Positions 19,948 through 28,958 of a DNA stretch of 32,700 bases are shown one piece after another. Made by a program: the position numbers and the translations under genes. The stretch covers positions 1-32,700 of the forward strand of contig WOYJ01000029.1 in the NCBI GenBank assembly GCA_011620845.1, read 5' to 3'. Numbering within the stretch: position 1 is the stretch's first letter; every line of letters begins with the position of its first letter. The DNA comes from Methanobacteriaceae archaeon. Its GTDB lineage: Archaea > Methanobacteriota > Methanobacteria > Methanobacteriales > Methanobacteriaceae. The notes beneath the pieces were generated by a model that worked only from the letters and a program-made list of their open reading frames with translations, was not told the origin of the DNA and made no database searches.

Positions 19948-20739
19948 ATGGAATGTGTAAAAATGGAATTAGACGATATAAAAATTTCAAAGGCAATCAT
20001 AGAAGGATACATGGATGACCTATTAGATTATACAGATATGGATGTGGCAATAGGTGGGGGAGGGCCCGCCGGACTCACCGCCGGATACTACCTGGCTAAA
20101 GCAGGATACAAAGTCGCCCTGTTTGAGCGTAAACTCAGTATAGGTGGTGGAATGTGGGGTGGCGGGATGATGTTCAACAAGATCGTTGTCCAGGAGGAAG
20201 GAAAGAGAATACTGGACGAATTCGGCATAGGATCCACCGAATACGAGGACCAGTACTACGTGGCGGATTCCATAGAATGCACATCCACCCTGTGCTCCAA
20301 GGCCTGCCAGGCGGGTTTAAAGATTTTCAACCTGATAGAAATCGAGGATCTGATGATAAAAGAGAAGGGAGTGGAAGGACTGGTATTAAACTGGAGTGCA
20401 GTTAAGATAGCAGGACTGCACGTAGACCCTCTCACCGTCCGGTCCCGGGCGGTGATCGACGCCACCGGACACCCCATCGAGATAGTTAAGATAATCGAAC
20501 AGAAGATGGGCCACAAGCTCAACACTTCCACTGGTAAGATCATGGGAGAAAAGTCCATGTGGGCTGAAGCAGCTGAAAACATAGTCACCGACAACACGGC
20601 CGAAATATATCCCGGTTTATATGTGGCGGGAATGGCTGCAAATGCAGTGTACGGGGCGCCAAGGATGGGGCCCATATTCGGTGGAATGCTCCTCTCCGGG
20701 GAAAAAGTCGCCCAGATGTTGATTGAAAAGTTGAAATAA
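19948..20739 (+). CDS. thi4: thiamine thiazole synthase Thi4 (archaeal, His-type active site)
   Basis: It has the dinucleotide fold [14 protein letters not shown] and [13 protein letters not shown]. From memory it is collinear with M. jannaschii Thi4. The sequence VIDATGHP has His where yeast THI4 has the sacrificial Cys, implying the catalytic sulfide-dependent type. An alternative start is ATG 19963. Confidence 0.92.
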   Translation: MECVKMELDDIKISKAIIEGYMDDLLDYTDMDVAIGGGGPAGLTAGYYLAKAGYKVALFERKLSIGGGMWGGGMMFNKIVVQEEGKRILDEFGIGSTEYEDQYYVADSIECTSTLCSKACQAGLKIFNLIEIEDLMIKEKGVEGLVLNWSAVKIAGLHVDPLTVRSRAVIDATGHPIEIVKIIEQKMGHKLNTSTGKIMGEKSMWAEAAENIVTDNTAEIYPGLYVAGMAANAVYGAPRMGPIFGGMLLSGEKVAQMLIEKLK

Positions 20740-20802
20740 CCAGGATTAATTTAAAAACTTCCATAACAATTCCTCCTCTTTAAAAACCTTCTAAACAGAA
20801 CC

Positions 20803-21339
20803 ATGATTCTCTTTATAACCGGAACCCCGGGAACAGGTAAAACCACAGTCTCTAAACTGTTCAAGGAACAGTTTTCCTTTACCCTGGTGGATGTTAATCA
20901 AATGGTGGATGATGAGAAACTCTACACAGGCATCCACAAAAAGGGGTATAAAATAGTGGACATACCAGCATTATGTTCTAAATTAGGTGATTTTATCCGT
21001 AATTTAGGGGATGGAGAAGATCTGTTGGTTGAGGGCCACTTGTCCCATTTCTGTGGTGGAGCAGACCGGGTAATCGTTTTACGTACCCATCCTGATATAT
21101 TAGGTGATCGTCTGCAGGATAAAGGGTTTGAAGATGCCAAGATCGCCGAGAACGTTGAGGCCGAGGCCCTGGATGTCTGTGCATTTGAGGCATACCAGGA
21201 GTATGGGGATAGGGCCAGTGAGGTAGACACCACAGGTAAAAATCCAGAGGAAGTGGTGGGTATAATTAAAATGATAATTGATGGAGAAAAAACCTCTCCG
21301 GTGGGAGGAGTCGATTTTTCAGGTTACCTGGGTTCTTGA
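20803..21339 (+). CDS. putative adenylate kinase / NTPase of the AK6 (Fap7, hCINAP) type
   Basis: P-loop ITGTPGTGKTT at the extreme N-terminus. The 178-aa length, the VEGHLSH and LRTHP segments and the ribosome-biogenesis neighbourhood fit this type. Confidence 0.78.
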   Translation: MILFITGTPGTGKTTVSKLFKEQFSFTLVDVNQMVDDEKLYTGIHKKGYKIVDIPALCSKLGDFIRNLGDGEDLLVEGHLSHFCGGADRVIVLRTHPDILGDRLQDKGFEDAKIAENVEAEALDVCAFEAYQEYGDRASEVDTTGKNPEEVVGIIKMIIDGEKTSPVGGVDFSGYLGS

Positions 21340-21357
21340 ACGATTAGGGGAAATTTC

Positions 21358-21417
21358 TAGGCTATGTTTTTGAATTTTAGGCTATGTTTTTGAATTTTAG
21401 GCTATGTTTTTGAAATT
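21358..21417. repeat. three tandem 20-nt units (TAGGCTATGTTTTTGAATTT)
   Basis: The 16-mer AGGCTATGTTTTTGAA occurs perfectly at 21359, 21379 and 21399. Each unit carries T5 and T4 tracts. The array starts 19 nt after the kinase stop. Confidence 0.9.
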
Positions 21418-21432
21418 TTTTCTCCAGGAGAT

Positions 21433-22819
21433 GGGGGGACTGTCAAAAACTTGGGGTTTTTTTGAAATTTGTGTTTTTGGATAAATAATATTTTTTATCC
21501 GTGTTTAACTGATTATTTGGTGAAATTGAAACATAAAAGCTTTTATAATAAATGGAGCAAAGTATTAATCATGCGAATAGAAAAAATACTTGCTCCAGTT
21601 GATGGTCTGCTTGATCAGGGTTATAAACTTTCCTATTTTTGTGAAGGTTTATCGAAATATGAAGAAAATCATTTAAAATTAGTTGAAAAGAGATGTTAAT
21701 TATTTAAATCGTTGAATACATGGTATAAAAAGGGATGTTTTTCATATTGAGATGCGGGTTCCTTTTTGTCCGGAGTGTTTCAGTAAAATCTGTGATTAAA
21801 AAATGGATTTAAAGAACGAACCCTTAATTTTTACTATGAAGGAGTTATTAACACCAAGATTCAAATGTATAAGTGTAAAAAAATCTGGTAAAAAGTTTAA
21901 AACTGATATATCAGACATTGTAAACACTAATAATACTTTTACACATGAATTTCAAAGAAAAAAACATTGAATTAGCGGGTTTATTCTCCGGATCAATCCA
22001 TAAAATTGCCCTACAAAATGAAAAAAGACACCAAAAATCAGTATTTTCAAGACAAAACAATAGAAAACTGGATACTCGAATACAAAATCCCAAAAACAGA
22101 AACAAAAGATCGTTATTCTGGATATTACATCTTTGACGTGGAGTGGATTAAACTTAACGCTGTTTGGAATTACCGATTCACTTTTATTCGACAGCAAAAC
22201 AAAATATTATCGTAAATGATGAAATATACTCTGAAGAGAATTCCAAGAACATACAAGAGTTTTTAACTGAATCCACAAGGAATAAAAACAAAATAGCAAT
22301 AACCACAGACTTAGACGATAAATACAAACCAATCATCGAAGAATTAGGTTTCAAACACCAATGGTGTTTATTCCATGTATTTAAAAACATAAACAAGAAA
22401 AATTCAAGACTATGCACGAGATAAAGAACTATCTGATAATGATATAGACAAAATACGGCAAGAAAAAAAACTAGATTTATTCAGCTTATTCGACAGTAAA
22501 TCATTTAAAAAAGCTAGAAACAGGATGAACGAAATATTAAATCAAATCAGAGATTATTTCAAAGATTATTCAATCAATTACCATGGATTCATTAATACCT
22601 TACTTCAAAACGTTCTTCGCATACCTGCTAGATGCAAATATCGAACGAACATCAAATAAATTAGAAAACAAATTCCAAAAAACATTCCCTAAAAGCATCA
22701 AAAAGAATAATGAAGATTAAAAAAAGAAGGCGCAATGTCACGAATAAACATCAGAAAACAAATCCTAAACCAAAAAAAAAGTTTTCAACAACCAACCCCT
22801 CAAGTTTCTGACAAAGCCC
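21433..22819 (+). mobile_element. decayed insertion sequence (about 1.39 kb) with imperfect terminal inverted repeats and a multiply frameshifted DDE-type transposase remnant
   Basis: The left end is GGGAC-TGTCAAAAACTTG-GGGGTT (21436-21460). The reverse complement of the right end is GGGCTTTGTCAGAAACTTGAGGGGTT (22794-22819). The internal coding signal hops between frames:
- ...YSGYYIFDVEWIKLNAVWNYRF (22006..22215)
- KQNIIVNDEIY...AITTDLDDKYKPIIEELGFKHQWCLFHVFKNI (22164..22424)
- KELSDNDIDKIRQEKKLDLF... (from about 22423)
- MDSLIPYFKTFFAYLLDANIERTSNKLENKF (to about 22719). Confidence 0.7.
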
Positions 22820-22894
22820 TAATTACAAAGTTTTTTAATCAATCCTATTACAAAGATATACAACATTCTATTCAATATAATAACGGTGATAAAA

Positions 22895-23860
22895 ATGAAC
22901 GGACCATGGGTTGAGAAATACCGGCCACAAACCTTAGACGAGGTGGTTGGTCAGGATCATATAATTCCAAGACTTAAAAGATACGTTGAAGAAGGCAACA
23001 TGCCTAACCTCATGTTCACCGGCCCAGCCGGGGTGGGTAAAACCACCACTGCCCTGGCACTGGCCAAAGAAATGCTGGGAGAGTACTGGAGACAGAACTT
23101 CTTAGAACTGAATGCCTCTGATGCCAGGGGTATCGACACCGTCCGGAACGATATCAAAAACTTCAGCCGGCTCAAGTCTGTGGGAGCGCCTTTCCGTATT
23201 ATATTCCTGGACGAGGTGGACAACATGACCAAGGACGCCCAGCACGCTCTGCGTAGGGAGATGGAGATGTATACCAAGACTTCATCGTTCATACTCAGCT
23301 GTAACTACTCCTCCAAGATAATAGACCCCATCCAATCCCGGTGCGCCATCTTCCGCTTCACACCCATCAAAGGATCACAGATAATTAAAAGGTTAAAAAT
23401 TATTGCCGAGGCAGAAAATGTCACCGCCACAGTCGGGGCCCTGGAGAGCATAGTATACTTCGCAGAGGGCGATATGAGGAGAGCTGTGAATATATTACAG
23501 GCCTCATCCACCATAGATAATCAGATCACCGAGGAAAGTGTCCATGAAGTAATCAGCAAGGCCAAGCCCCAGGATGTGCGTAAGATAATAAACAGCGCCC
23601 TGGATGGTAAGTTCATGGAAGCCCGGGACCTCCTCCGGGAAGTAATGGTGGTCGAGGGCACCAGCGGAGAGGACATGATCACCCAGATATACCAGGAAGT
23701 ATCTAAGATGACCATGGAAGGCCTCCTAGACCAGGAGACCTACATAGATTTAATTGAAAATATCGGTAAATTCGATTACCGTATCCGGGAGGGATCCAAT
23801 CCACGGATACAGCTCGAAGCTCTTTTAACTAAATTTTTACTCAAAGATAAACAATCTTAG
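22895..23860 (+). CDS. rfcS: replication factor C small subunit
   Basis: [17 protein letters not shown], Walker [10 protein letters not shown], Walker B LDEVD, the SRC motif QSRCAIFRF and sensor-2 GDMRRA. The ATG at 22895 is preceded by GGTGA. The length is normal, so there is no intein. Confidence 0.95.
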   Translation: MNGPWVEKYRPQTLDEVVGQDHIIPRLKRYVEEGNMPNLMFTGPAGVGKTTTALALAKEMLGEYWRQNFLELNASDARGIDTVRNDIKNFSRLKSVGAPFRIIFLDEVDNMTKDAQHALRREMEMYTKTSSFILSCNYSSKIIDPIQSRCAIFRFTPIKGSQIIKRLKIIAEAENVTATVGALESIVYFAEGDMRRAVNILQASSTIDNQITEESVHEVISKAKPQDVRKIINSALDGKFMEARDLLREVMVVEGTSGEDMITQIYQEVSKMTMEGLLDQETYIDLIENIGKFDYRIREGSNPRIQLEALLTKFLLKDKQS

Positions 23861-23923
23861 GAAAAATTAAGAAGTGAAAATATTCTTAGAAAATTAAAAA
23901 TAACCATATAATGGTCATATCAA

Positions 23924-25435
23924 ATGTTGTGGACAGAAAAATACAACCCCAAAAATTTTGATGAAGTACTGGGCAACGCCAAGGCCAAAGATGAGATAGA
24001 AGGCTGGATCAACGCCTGGTTGGTTGGCGAGCACCCCAAACCACTCTTACTGGTGGGACCGCCAGGTACCGGGAAAACCACCCTGGCTCATCTCGCGGCG
24101 CAGGAATTCGCCGATTCCATTGAACTCAACGCCAGTGATAAAAGATCCTATGATATCCTTCTCCGGACCATAGGGGAAGCATCTGCCACTGGTTCTCTCT
24201 TCAATCAGGGTTTGAAGTTCATAATACTGGATGAAGTGGACGGAATACATGGGACAGATGACCGCGGCGGTGTAAGGGCTATATCCAAGATAATAAAGGA
24301 AGGGCACCATCCACTCATCATGATGGCCAACGACCCCTACAGTAAGAGGATTAAAAGCCTTAAAACCAAGTGTCAGGTCATAAACATCAAGAAGGTGCAT
24401 ACCAACAGTATCGTGGCCCTCCTGAAACGGATCTGTATTAAGGAGGGTGTTGATTTTGAGGATCATGTTTTAAGGACCCTGGCCAAACAATCCAAAGGAG
24501 ACATGAGATCGGCCATCAACGACCTGGAGATTATGGCCCGGGGGAAAAAAAGCATCACCTCTGCGGATCTGGAAGTGATCTCCAAGAAGGATGATATCCA
24601 CAACATCTTCGACTCAGTCAGGACCGTCCTGAAGAGTAAAAACCCCCAGCGTATAAGGGAAGCCATGCAGGTGGAAGCCGACCCGGCCTTTATACTGGAA
24701 CTCATCACCGAGAACGTTCCCCGGGAATACGAGAAGAAGGATGAAATCGAAGAAGCCTACGAGATGATCTCCCAGGCAGACACCTACTTGGGCCGGGCCT
24801 TCCAGACACGGAACTATGGATACTGGAAGTACACCTATGATTTAATGAGTTTAGGGGTGGCCCTGTCCAAGGATGAGACCTACCGGAAATTCGCCCGCTA
24901 CGCCAACTCTTCAGTTTACACTTTACTTTCAAAAAGCCGTGCCAAAAGAGACCTGATGGATAGGGTGGCGGATAAGATCGGTGAGAAAACCCACTCCTCC
25001 CGTAGGGTGGTGAGGGAGCAGTTCCCCTACTTGGAGATGATGTTCCAGGATAATGACCTGGCACGGAAACTGGCGGACTACTTCAACCTGGACGATGCTG
25101 AGGTCAAGCTCTTCCGTAGCAGGAAGATCCCTAAAAGGAAGAAAGCGAAGCCTAAAAAGTCCTCGCAGAAAGACACTGAAAATAAAGTGGAGAAAAAGGG
25201 ATCATCTGCTGTTGCCAAAAGGGAAGGTAAAAAGGAAAAAGAAGTAAAACCTCCAAAGTCTACTCCCCAGAAGACAAAATCCACTACTAAAAAATCAAAG
25301 CCATCTCAAAATAAAGACGCTAAGAATTTGGCCAAAGAAAAGGAAGCATCAAACCAGAAGAATTCTAATACCAGGGAAAAATCTTCAAATCCTGAGGATA
25401 AGGAAAAACAGGTTTCCTTGTTCAGTTTTAAATAA
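23924..25435 (+). CDS. rfcL: replication factor C large subunit
   Basis: [17 protein letters not shown], Walker [10 protein letters not shown], Walker B LDEVD and GDMRSAIN. A Lys-rich C-terminal tail of about 105 aa ends in the PIP-box-like QVSLFSFK. Confidence 0.93.
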   Translation: MLWTEKYNPKNFDEVLGNAKAKDEIEGWINAWLVGEHPKPLLLVGPPGTGKTTLAHLAAQEFADSIELNASDKRSYDILLRTIGEASATGSLFNQGLKFIILDEVDGIHGTDDRGGVRAISKIIKEGHHPLIMMANDPYSKRIKSLKTKCQVINIKKVHTNSIVALLKRICIKEGVDFEDHVLRTLAKQSKGDMRSAINDLEIMARGKKSITSADLEVISKKDDIHNIFDSVRTVLKSKNPQRIREAMQVEADPAFILELITENVPREYEKKDEIEEAYEMISQADTYLGRAFQTRNYGYWKYTYDLMSLGVALSKDETYRKFARYANSSVYTLLSKSRAKRDLMDRVADKIGEKTHSSRRVVREQFPYLEMMFQDNDLARKLADYFNLDDAEVKLFRSRKIPKRKKAKPKKSSQKDTENKVEKKGSSAVAKREGKKEKEVKPPKSTPQKTKSTTKKSKPSQNKDAKNLAKEKEASNQKNSNTREKSSNPEDKEKQVSLFSFK

Positions 25436-25809
25436 CCATATTCCCATATAATATATGCCTAAATCCAGTAGAACGCACTTTTTCAATCATCGTGGTTCTC
25501 TTTAAACACCTTGAAGAATATGAATCTTTCTGAATAATAGTTCTCTTATTTCGACGCTTAAACTTTCAAATACGCTGGCATCAAACTGGGACAATCCTTT
25601 ACTGTAATTGATACCAGGCTATAGGTTAAATTTATCAGGTAGTAGTCATCTGTTTCTGTGCAGCTCACCCTACTGTGTACCGTGCTCTTCAGCATGTATC
25701 AATTCTTAAAGTTATCTATTCGTATGATCCCTCAAAGTATCCGTATGCATGCACATGTCATGCAAATAAACTATTAATAAATGAACATAGTGAAAATTAG
25801 ATCAATGAG

Positions 25810-25858
25810 TTTTTGGAATTTCTAGTTAATCGGGAGGTGGAACTAGATTTTCCAAAAA
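25810..25858. terminator. inverted repeat flanked by T5/A5 between convergent genes (possible bidirectional terminator)
   Basis: TTTTTGGAATTTCTAGTT - 13-nt loop - AACTAGATTTTCCAAAAA, with 16 of 18 positions complementary. It lies 15 nt from the stop of the minus-strand gene. Confidence 0.4.
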
Positions 25859-25872
25859 TTATCCCTTTTCTA

Positions 25873-26544
25873 TTACTTTTGATTGGAAACAAAAAGAGCA
25901 GACTTCAACATATTCTCCCTGACTTCCGGGATATATTCTTCCAGGAATTCCAGTAGATCATTGGAAACCTTATCTTTAGGGAGAATATCACAGTTAAAAT
26001 CACGTTCACTGGCCCATGTCTCTATCCAGGAATCAGGGATATTTATCAGAGGATAAATCGTCTTTAAATCATTTGGTTTGTCTTTTAAAATGGTGGGCTC
26101 GATTTCCTCTCCCTGTAGCATCTGTTTGATTATATTTTTCACTTCCCCATCCAGGGTAAGGGGTGATGCCATTTTAACAACTTCACCGGGCCGGGCCAGT
26201 TCCAGATCATCACTGTAGGTAATCTCGATACCATATTTCCTTGTGTAGGGCTCTAATATTATATACAGGGCTGTGTTAGCACAGCTACTATTTTCTTCTA
26301 TGAATATCTTCTCCTTCGGATGTAGAGACTTGCTTAAAAGCCGGGAGGCCCGGATGCACATCTTCTGGAAAACCTTAGACCTTACCACCTTCCAGTCGGG
26401 GTGTTTCTCCAGGAATAACTCCTCCTTTTTACGGGAGAACCTGGAAAATTTAAGGTTATTGATGAGTATTGAATTATTATAAAGACTTATAAACTGGGTA
26501 TTAACTCCAATCATTCCCAGGAAGTCCAGGATCTCTTGACTCAT
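25873..26544 (-). CDS. hypothetical protein, possibly a degenerate PP-loop (TtuA/TilS-like) ATP-pyrophosphatase fold
   Basis: 223-aa ORF. The segment layout recalls PP-loop enzymes:
- EKIFIEENSSCANTALYIILE, where SGGxDS would be.
- MASPLTLDGEVKNIIKQMLQG, resembling GH-x-DD-x-E-T.
- TIYPLINIPDSWIETWA, resembling RPL...E.
The resemblance is judged from memory only. Confidence 0.6.
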   Translation of the reverse strand: MSQEILDFLGMIGVNTQFISLYNNSILINNLKFSRFSRKKEELFLEKHPDWKVVRSKVFQKMCIRASRLLSKSLHPKEKIFIEENSSCANTALYIILEPYTRKYGIEITYSDDLELARPGEVVKMASPLTLDGEVKNIIKQMLQGEEIEPTILKDKPNDLKTIYPLINIPDSWIETWASERDFNCDILPKDKVSNDLLEFLEEYIPEVRENMLKSALFVSNQK

Positions 26545-26623
26545 ATTTTCACTTATATACTATTATGTACGAGAATATAAATAAAAACATAAAATTTTAC
26601 TATCCTGAGAAGGTGGTGAACAG

Positions 26624-27886
26624 ATTAAGTCTTTAAAACGGAAGTTAGGGCTTTTTGAGGTTACCGTATCTGGTATAGGGATTATCCTGGGTGCCGGGAT
26701 TTACGCCCTTCTGGGAGAGGCCGCTCCCTTAGCAGGGAATGCCCTGTGGCTTTCATTTATCATATCGTCGGTTGTTGCTGCTTTTACTGCGTTAAGCTAT
26801 GGGGAACTTTCATCCATGTTTCCCAGTGCCGCTGCAGAGTATGAGTACGTTAAAAATGCCATAGGCCGGCGTGTTGCGTTTGTAATCGGCTGGCTCATTA
26901 TATTAAGTGCTGTCATCAGTTCTTCAGCGGTGGCCATAGGTTTCGGTAATTATCTGGCTGTGTTAGTTAACATACCCCCTATTGTTTCTGCCATTAGCCT
27001 CTTAGCAGTGCTTTCGTTACTTCTTTTCATCGGTATAAAGGAATCTGCCTGGGTGGCCATCATATTTACATCCATAGAGGCTCTTGGTCTTGTAATCATC
27101 TTCATTATTGGAGTACCCTACTGGGGGAGTGTTAACTACCTGGAGATGCCTTTGGGTATAAATGGAGTTATGGCTGCTGCGGCTTTGATCTTCTTCGCCT
27201 ACCTCGGCTTTGAAGAGATCGTTAAATTGTCTGAGGAGACCAACGAGCCCAACAGGAACATTCCACGGGCCATCATACTGGCCATGATTATCAGCACCGT
27301 TCTATACATTCTGGTGTCCTTTAGCTCAGTCAGCATACTTGGCTGGGAAATCCTGGCAAATTCACAGGCCCCCTTTTCCCAAATAGCAAATGCAGCCCTT
27401 GGGGCAAATGGAGGATTCTTACTTACCATAATAGCCCTGTTTGCAACCAGTAACACTGTCCTTTTACTGCTTTTAGCCGGTTCCCGGATAGTGTATGGCA
27501 TGTCCGAATTCCGCTCCCTCCCACGGGTCCTGGGTAAAGTTCATCCGCGGACAAGGACGCCCTGGGTTTCAATAGTGGTGATGGGCCTGGCTGCAGTTGT
27601 ATTTTTATTCGTGGGGAATCTGGAATTCCTGGCAAGCGCCAACAATTACACCTTATTTTTAAGTTTCATCTTCATCAATGCCTCTGTGCTGATCCTGAGG
27701 TACACTTCTCCGGAATTAAAACGGCCATTTAGGATACCCTTAAATATAAAAAATATACCTATATTATCAGTTTTTGGGCTCCTCACTTGTGTCGTACTTT
27801 TAACACAGCTCAATCTGGATGCAATTATCTTAGGAATAATTTTAACGGTTGTTGGGGTTGTACTGGCTTTTTTAAGTAGGGAATAA
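26624..27886 (+). CDS. APC-superfamily amino acid permease (no canonical start for the conserved N-terminus)
   Basis: The frame of the 356-aa track ORF (ATG 26816) stays open back to the stop at 26606. That stretch encodes the hallmark first helices KSLKRKLGLFEVTVSGIGIILGAGIYALLGEAAPLAGNALWLSF...YGELSS. There is no in-frame ATG, GTG or TTG in 26609-26815. An ATT at 26624 sits 4 nt after GGTGA (26615-26619). Confidence 0.75.
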   Translation: MKSLKRKLGLFEVTVSGIGIILGAGIYALLGEAAPLAGNALWLSFIISSVVAAFTALSYGELSSMFPSAAAEYEYVKNAIGRRVAFVIGWLIILSAVISSSAVAIGFGNYLAVLVNIPPIVSAISLLAVLSLLLFIGIKESAWVAIIFTSIEALGLVIIFIIGVPYWGSVNYLEMPLGINGVMAAAALIFFAYLGFEEIVKLSEETNEPNRNIPRAIILAMIISTVLYILVSFSSVSILGWEILANSQAPFSQIANAALGANGGFLLTIIALFATSNTVLLLLLAGSRIVYGMSEFRSLPRVLGKVHPRTRTPWVSIVVMGLAAVVFLFVGNLEFLASANNYTLFLSFIFINASVLILRYTSPELKRPFRIPLNIKNIPILSVFGLLTCVVLLTQLNLDAIILGIILTVVGVVLAFLSRE

Positions 27887-28004
27887 AACACAGTATTCTA
27901 CAGTAGAAAAAATGCTTCAATAACAAAAATCCAATAGCAAAATTTATTTTTTAGGGGAAAGTAAACTATTACTCAAGGAGATTTATTTTATCCAGGGGAT
28001 TTTT

Positions 28005-28940
28005 ATGCTTAAAATATTCGGCCGGAAGAAAGATAAAAAGAAGGATGAAAGGGAGTTACTTACCGTTGAATCCCCTGAACCAGTGGACTGCCTCTGCGAT
28101 TTCACCTTCAACTTTCACTGGCAGCATAAGGGAGAGAAGCTCGATCCTACTTGGAAAATCCCCCAAAACGACTTAACCTTCGGAGACCTGGTGGAACACC
28201 TAAAAAGTGGAGGAGATATACGTATAAATGGAGATGCTGGTCATAGGTTGGCCTCCAGTATGGGTGTGGACCTTAAGTACTTCGGTGGAAGTGGAAACGA
28301 CATACCGGTTGGTGACATCTACGTAGAGGGAGATTCCGACACCCGAATGGGGATCAGCATGGCCCGGGGCAATATCTACGTTAAAGGAGCAGTAAAAGAG
28401 CCCATGGGCAACCTGGTAGAGGTTAAATCAGATGTTAAAGGCTACCAGAAGTACAGATCGATTACGGACATCATGCACCAGGGCCTCCAGGGAGATAAAC
28501 TCGTATCATGCGATTTGGTGGGAAGTAAACTCGTAATCGATGACGGGACAGTCAAAGACACCGTCGGTGCCAGGTTAGACCGTGAGGTAGAGATAATCTT
28601 TCATGGCAAGGTGGATCTAAGCACCGGGATACTCATGAGGAAGGGCATCGTCCGGGTGAATGGCCCGGCCGGGAAAAACAGTGGAGCCCTGTTAAATGGG
28701 GGCACCCTGATCATCAACGGAAACACCGATGATTTCACCGCCATAGACATGATCAAGGGTAAAATAATAGTAAACGGTGATGCCGGTAAATTCCTGGCAG
28801 CCAACAAGAAAACCGGTGTCATATTCTCTAAAAAGGGACGTCCAATTCCACCTGTAAATGAAAAACCAGTATCCACTGAGGATAGAAATCTTCTTCTAGC
28901 TTACGGCTTCAATCCCCAAGGTTTCAGGAAGTTTGAATAG
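28005..28940 (+). CDS. GXGXG-repeat beta-helix protein (FwdC / glutamate synthase domain-3 family)
   Basis: It has repeated G-x-A/G-G...G-x-I-x-V-x-G turns (INGDAGHRLASSMG, IYVEGDSDTRMGISMARGNIYVKGAV, VRVNGPAGKNSGALLNGGTLIINGNTDDF, KIIVNGDAGKF). No partner formylmethanofuran dehydrogenase or GltB genes lie nearby. Confidence 0.7.
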   Translation: MLKIFGRKKDKKKDERELLTVESPEPVDCLCDFTFNFHWQHKGEKLDPTWKIPQNDLTFGDLVEHLKSGGDIRINGDAGHRLASSMGVDLKYFGGSGNDIPVGDIYVEGDSDTRMGISMARGNIYVKGAVKEPMGNLVEVKSDVKGYQKYRSITDIMHQGLQGDKLVSCDLVGSKLVIDDGTVKDTVGARLDREVEIIFHGKVDLSTGILMRKGIVRVNGPAGKNSGALLNGGTLIINGNTDDFTAIDMIKGKIIVNGDAGKFLAANKKTGVIFSKKGRPIPPVNEKPVSTEDRNLLLAYGFNPQGFRKFE

Positions 28941-28958
28941 ATCACGGAAGGTAAATAT

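Noticed and set aside
21358-21417. A possible CRISPR array or CRISPR remnant.
   Set aside because: The units are contiguous 20-mers without spacers. There are only three copies, no cas genes and no leader-like structure.
22215-22270. A C/D-box sRNA-like pattern: AATGATGA, then CTGA after 8 nt, then CTGA about 45 nt later.
   Set aside because: The spacing is wrong for a 12-nt guide and there is no C' box. It also lies inside the decayed transposase coding remnant.
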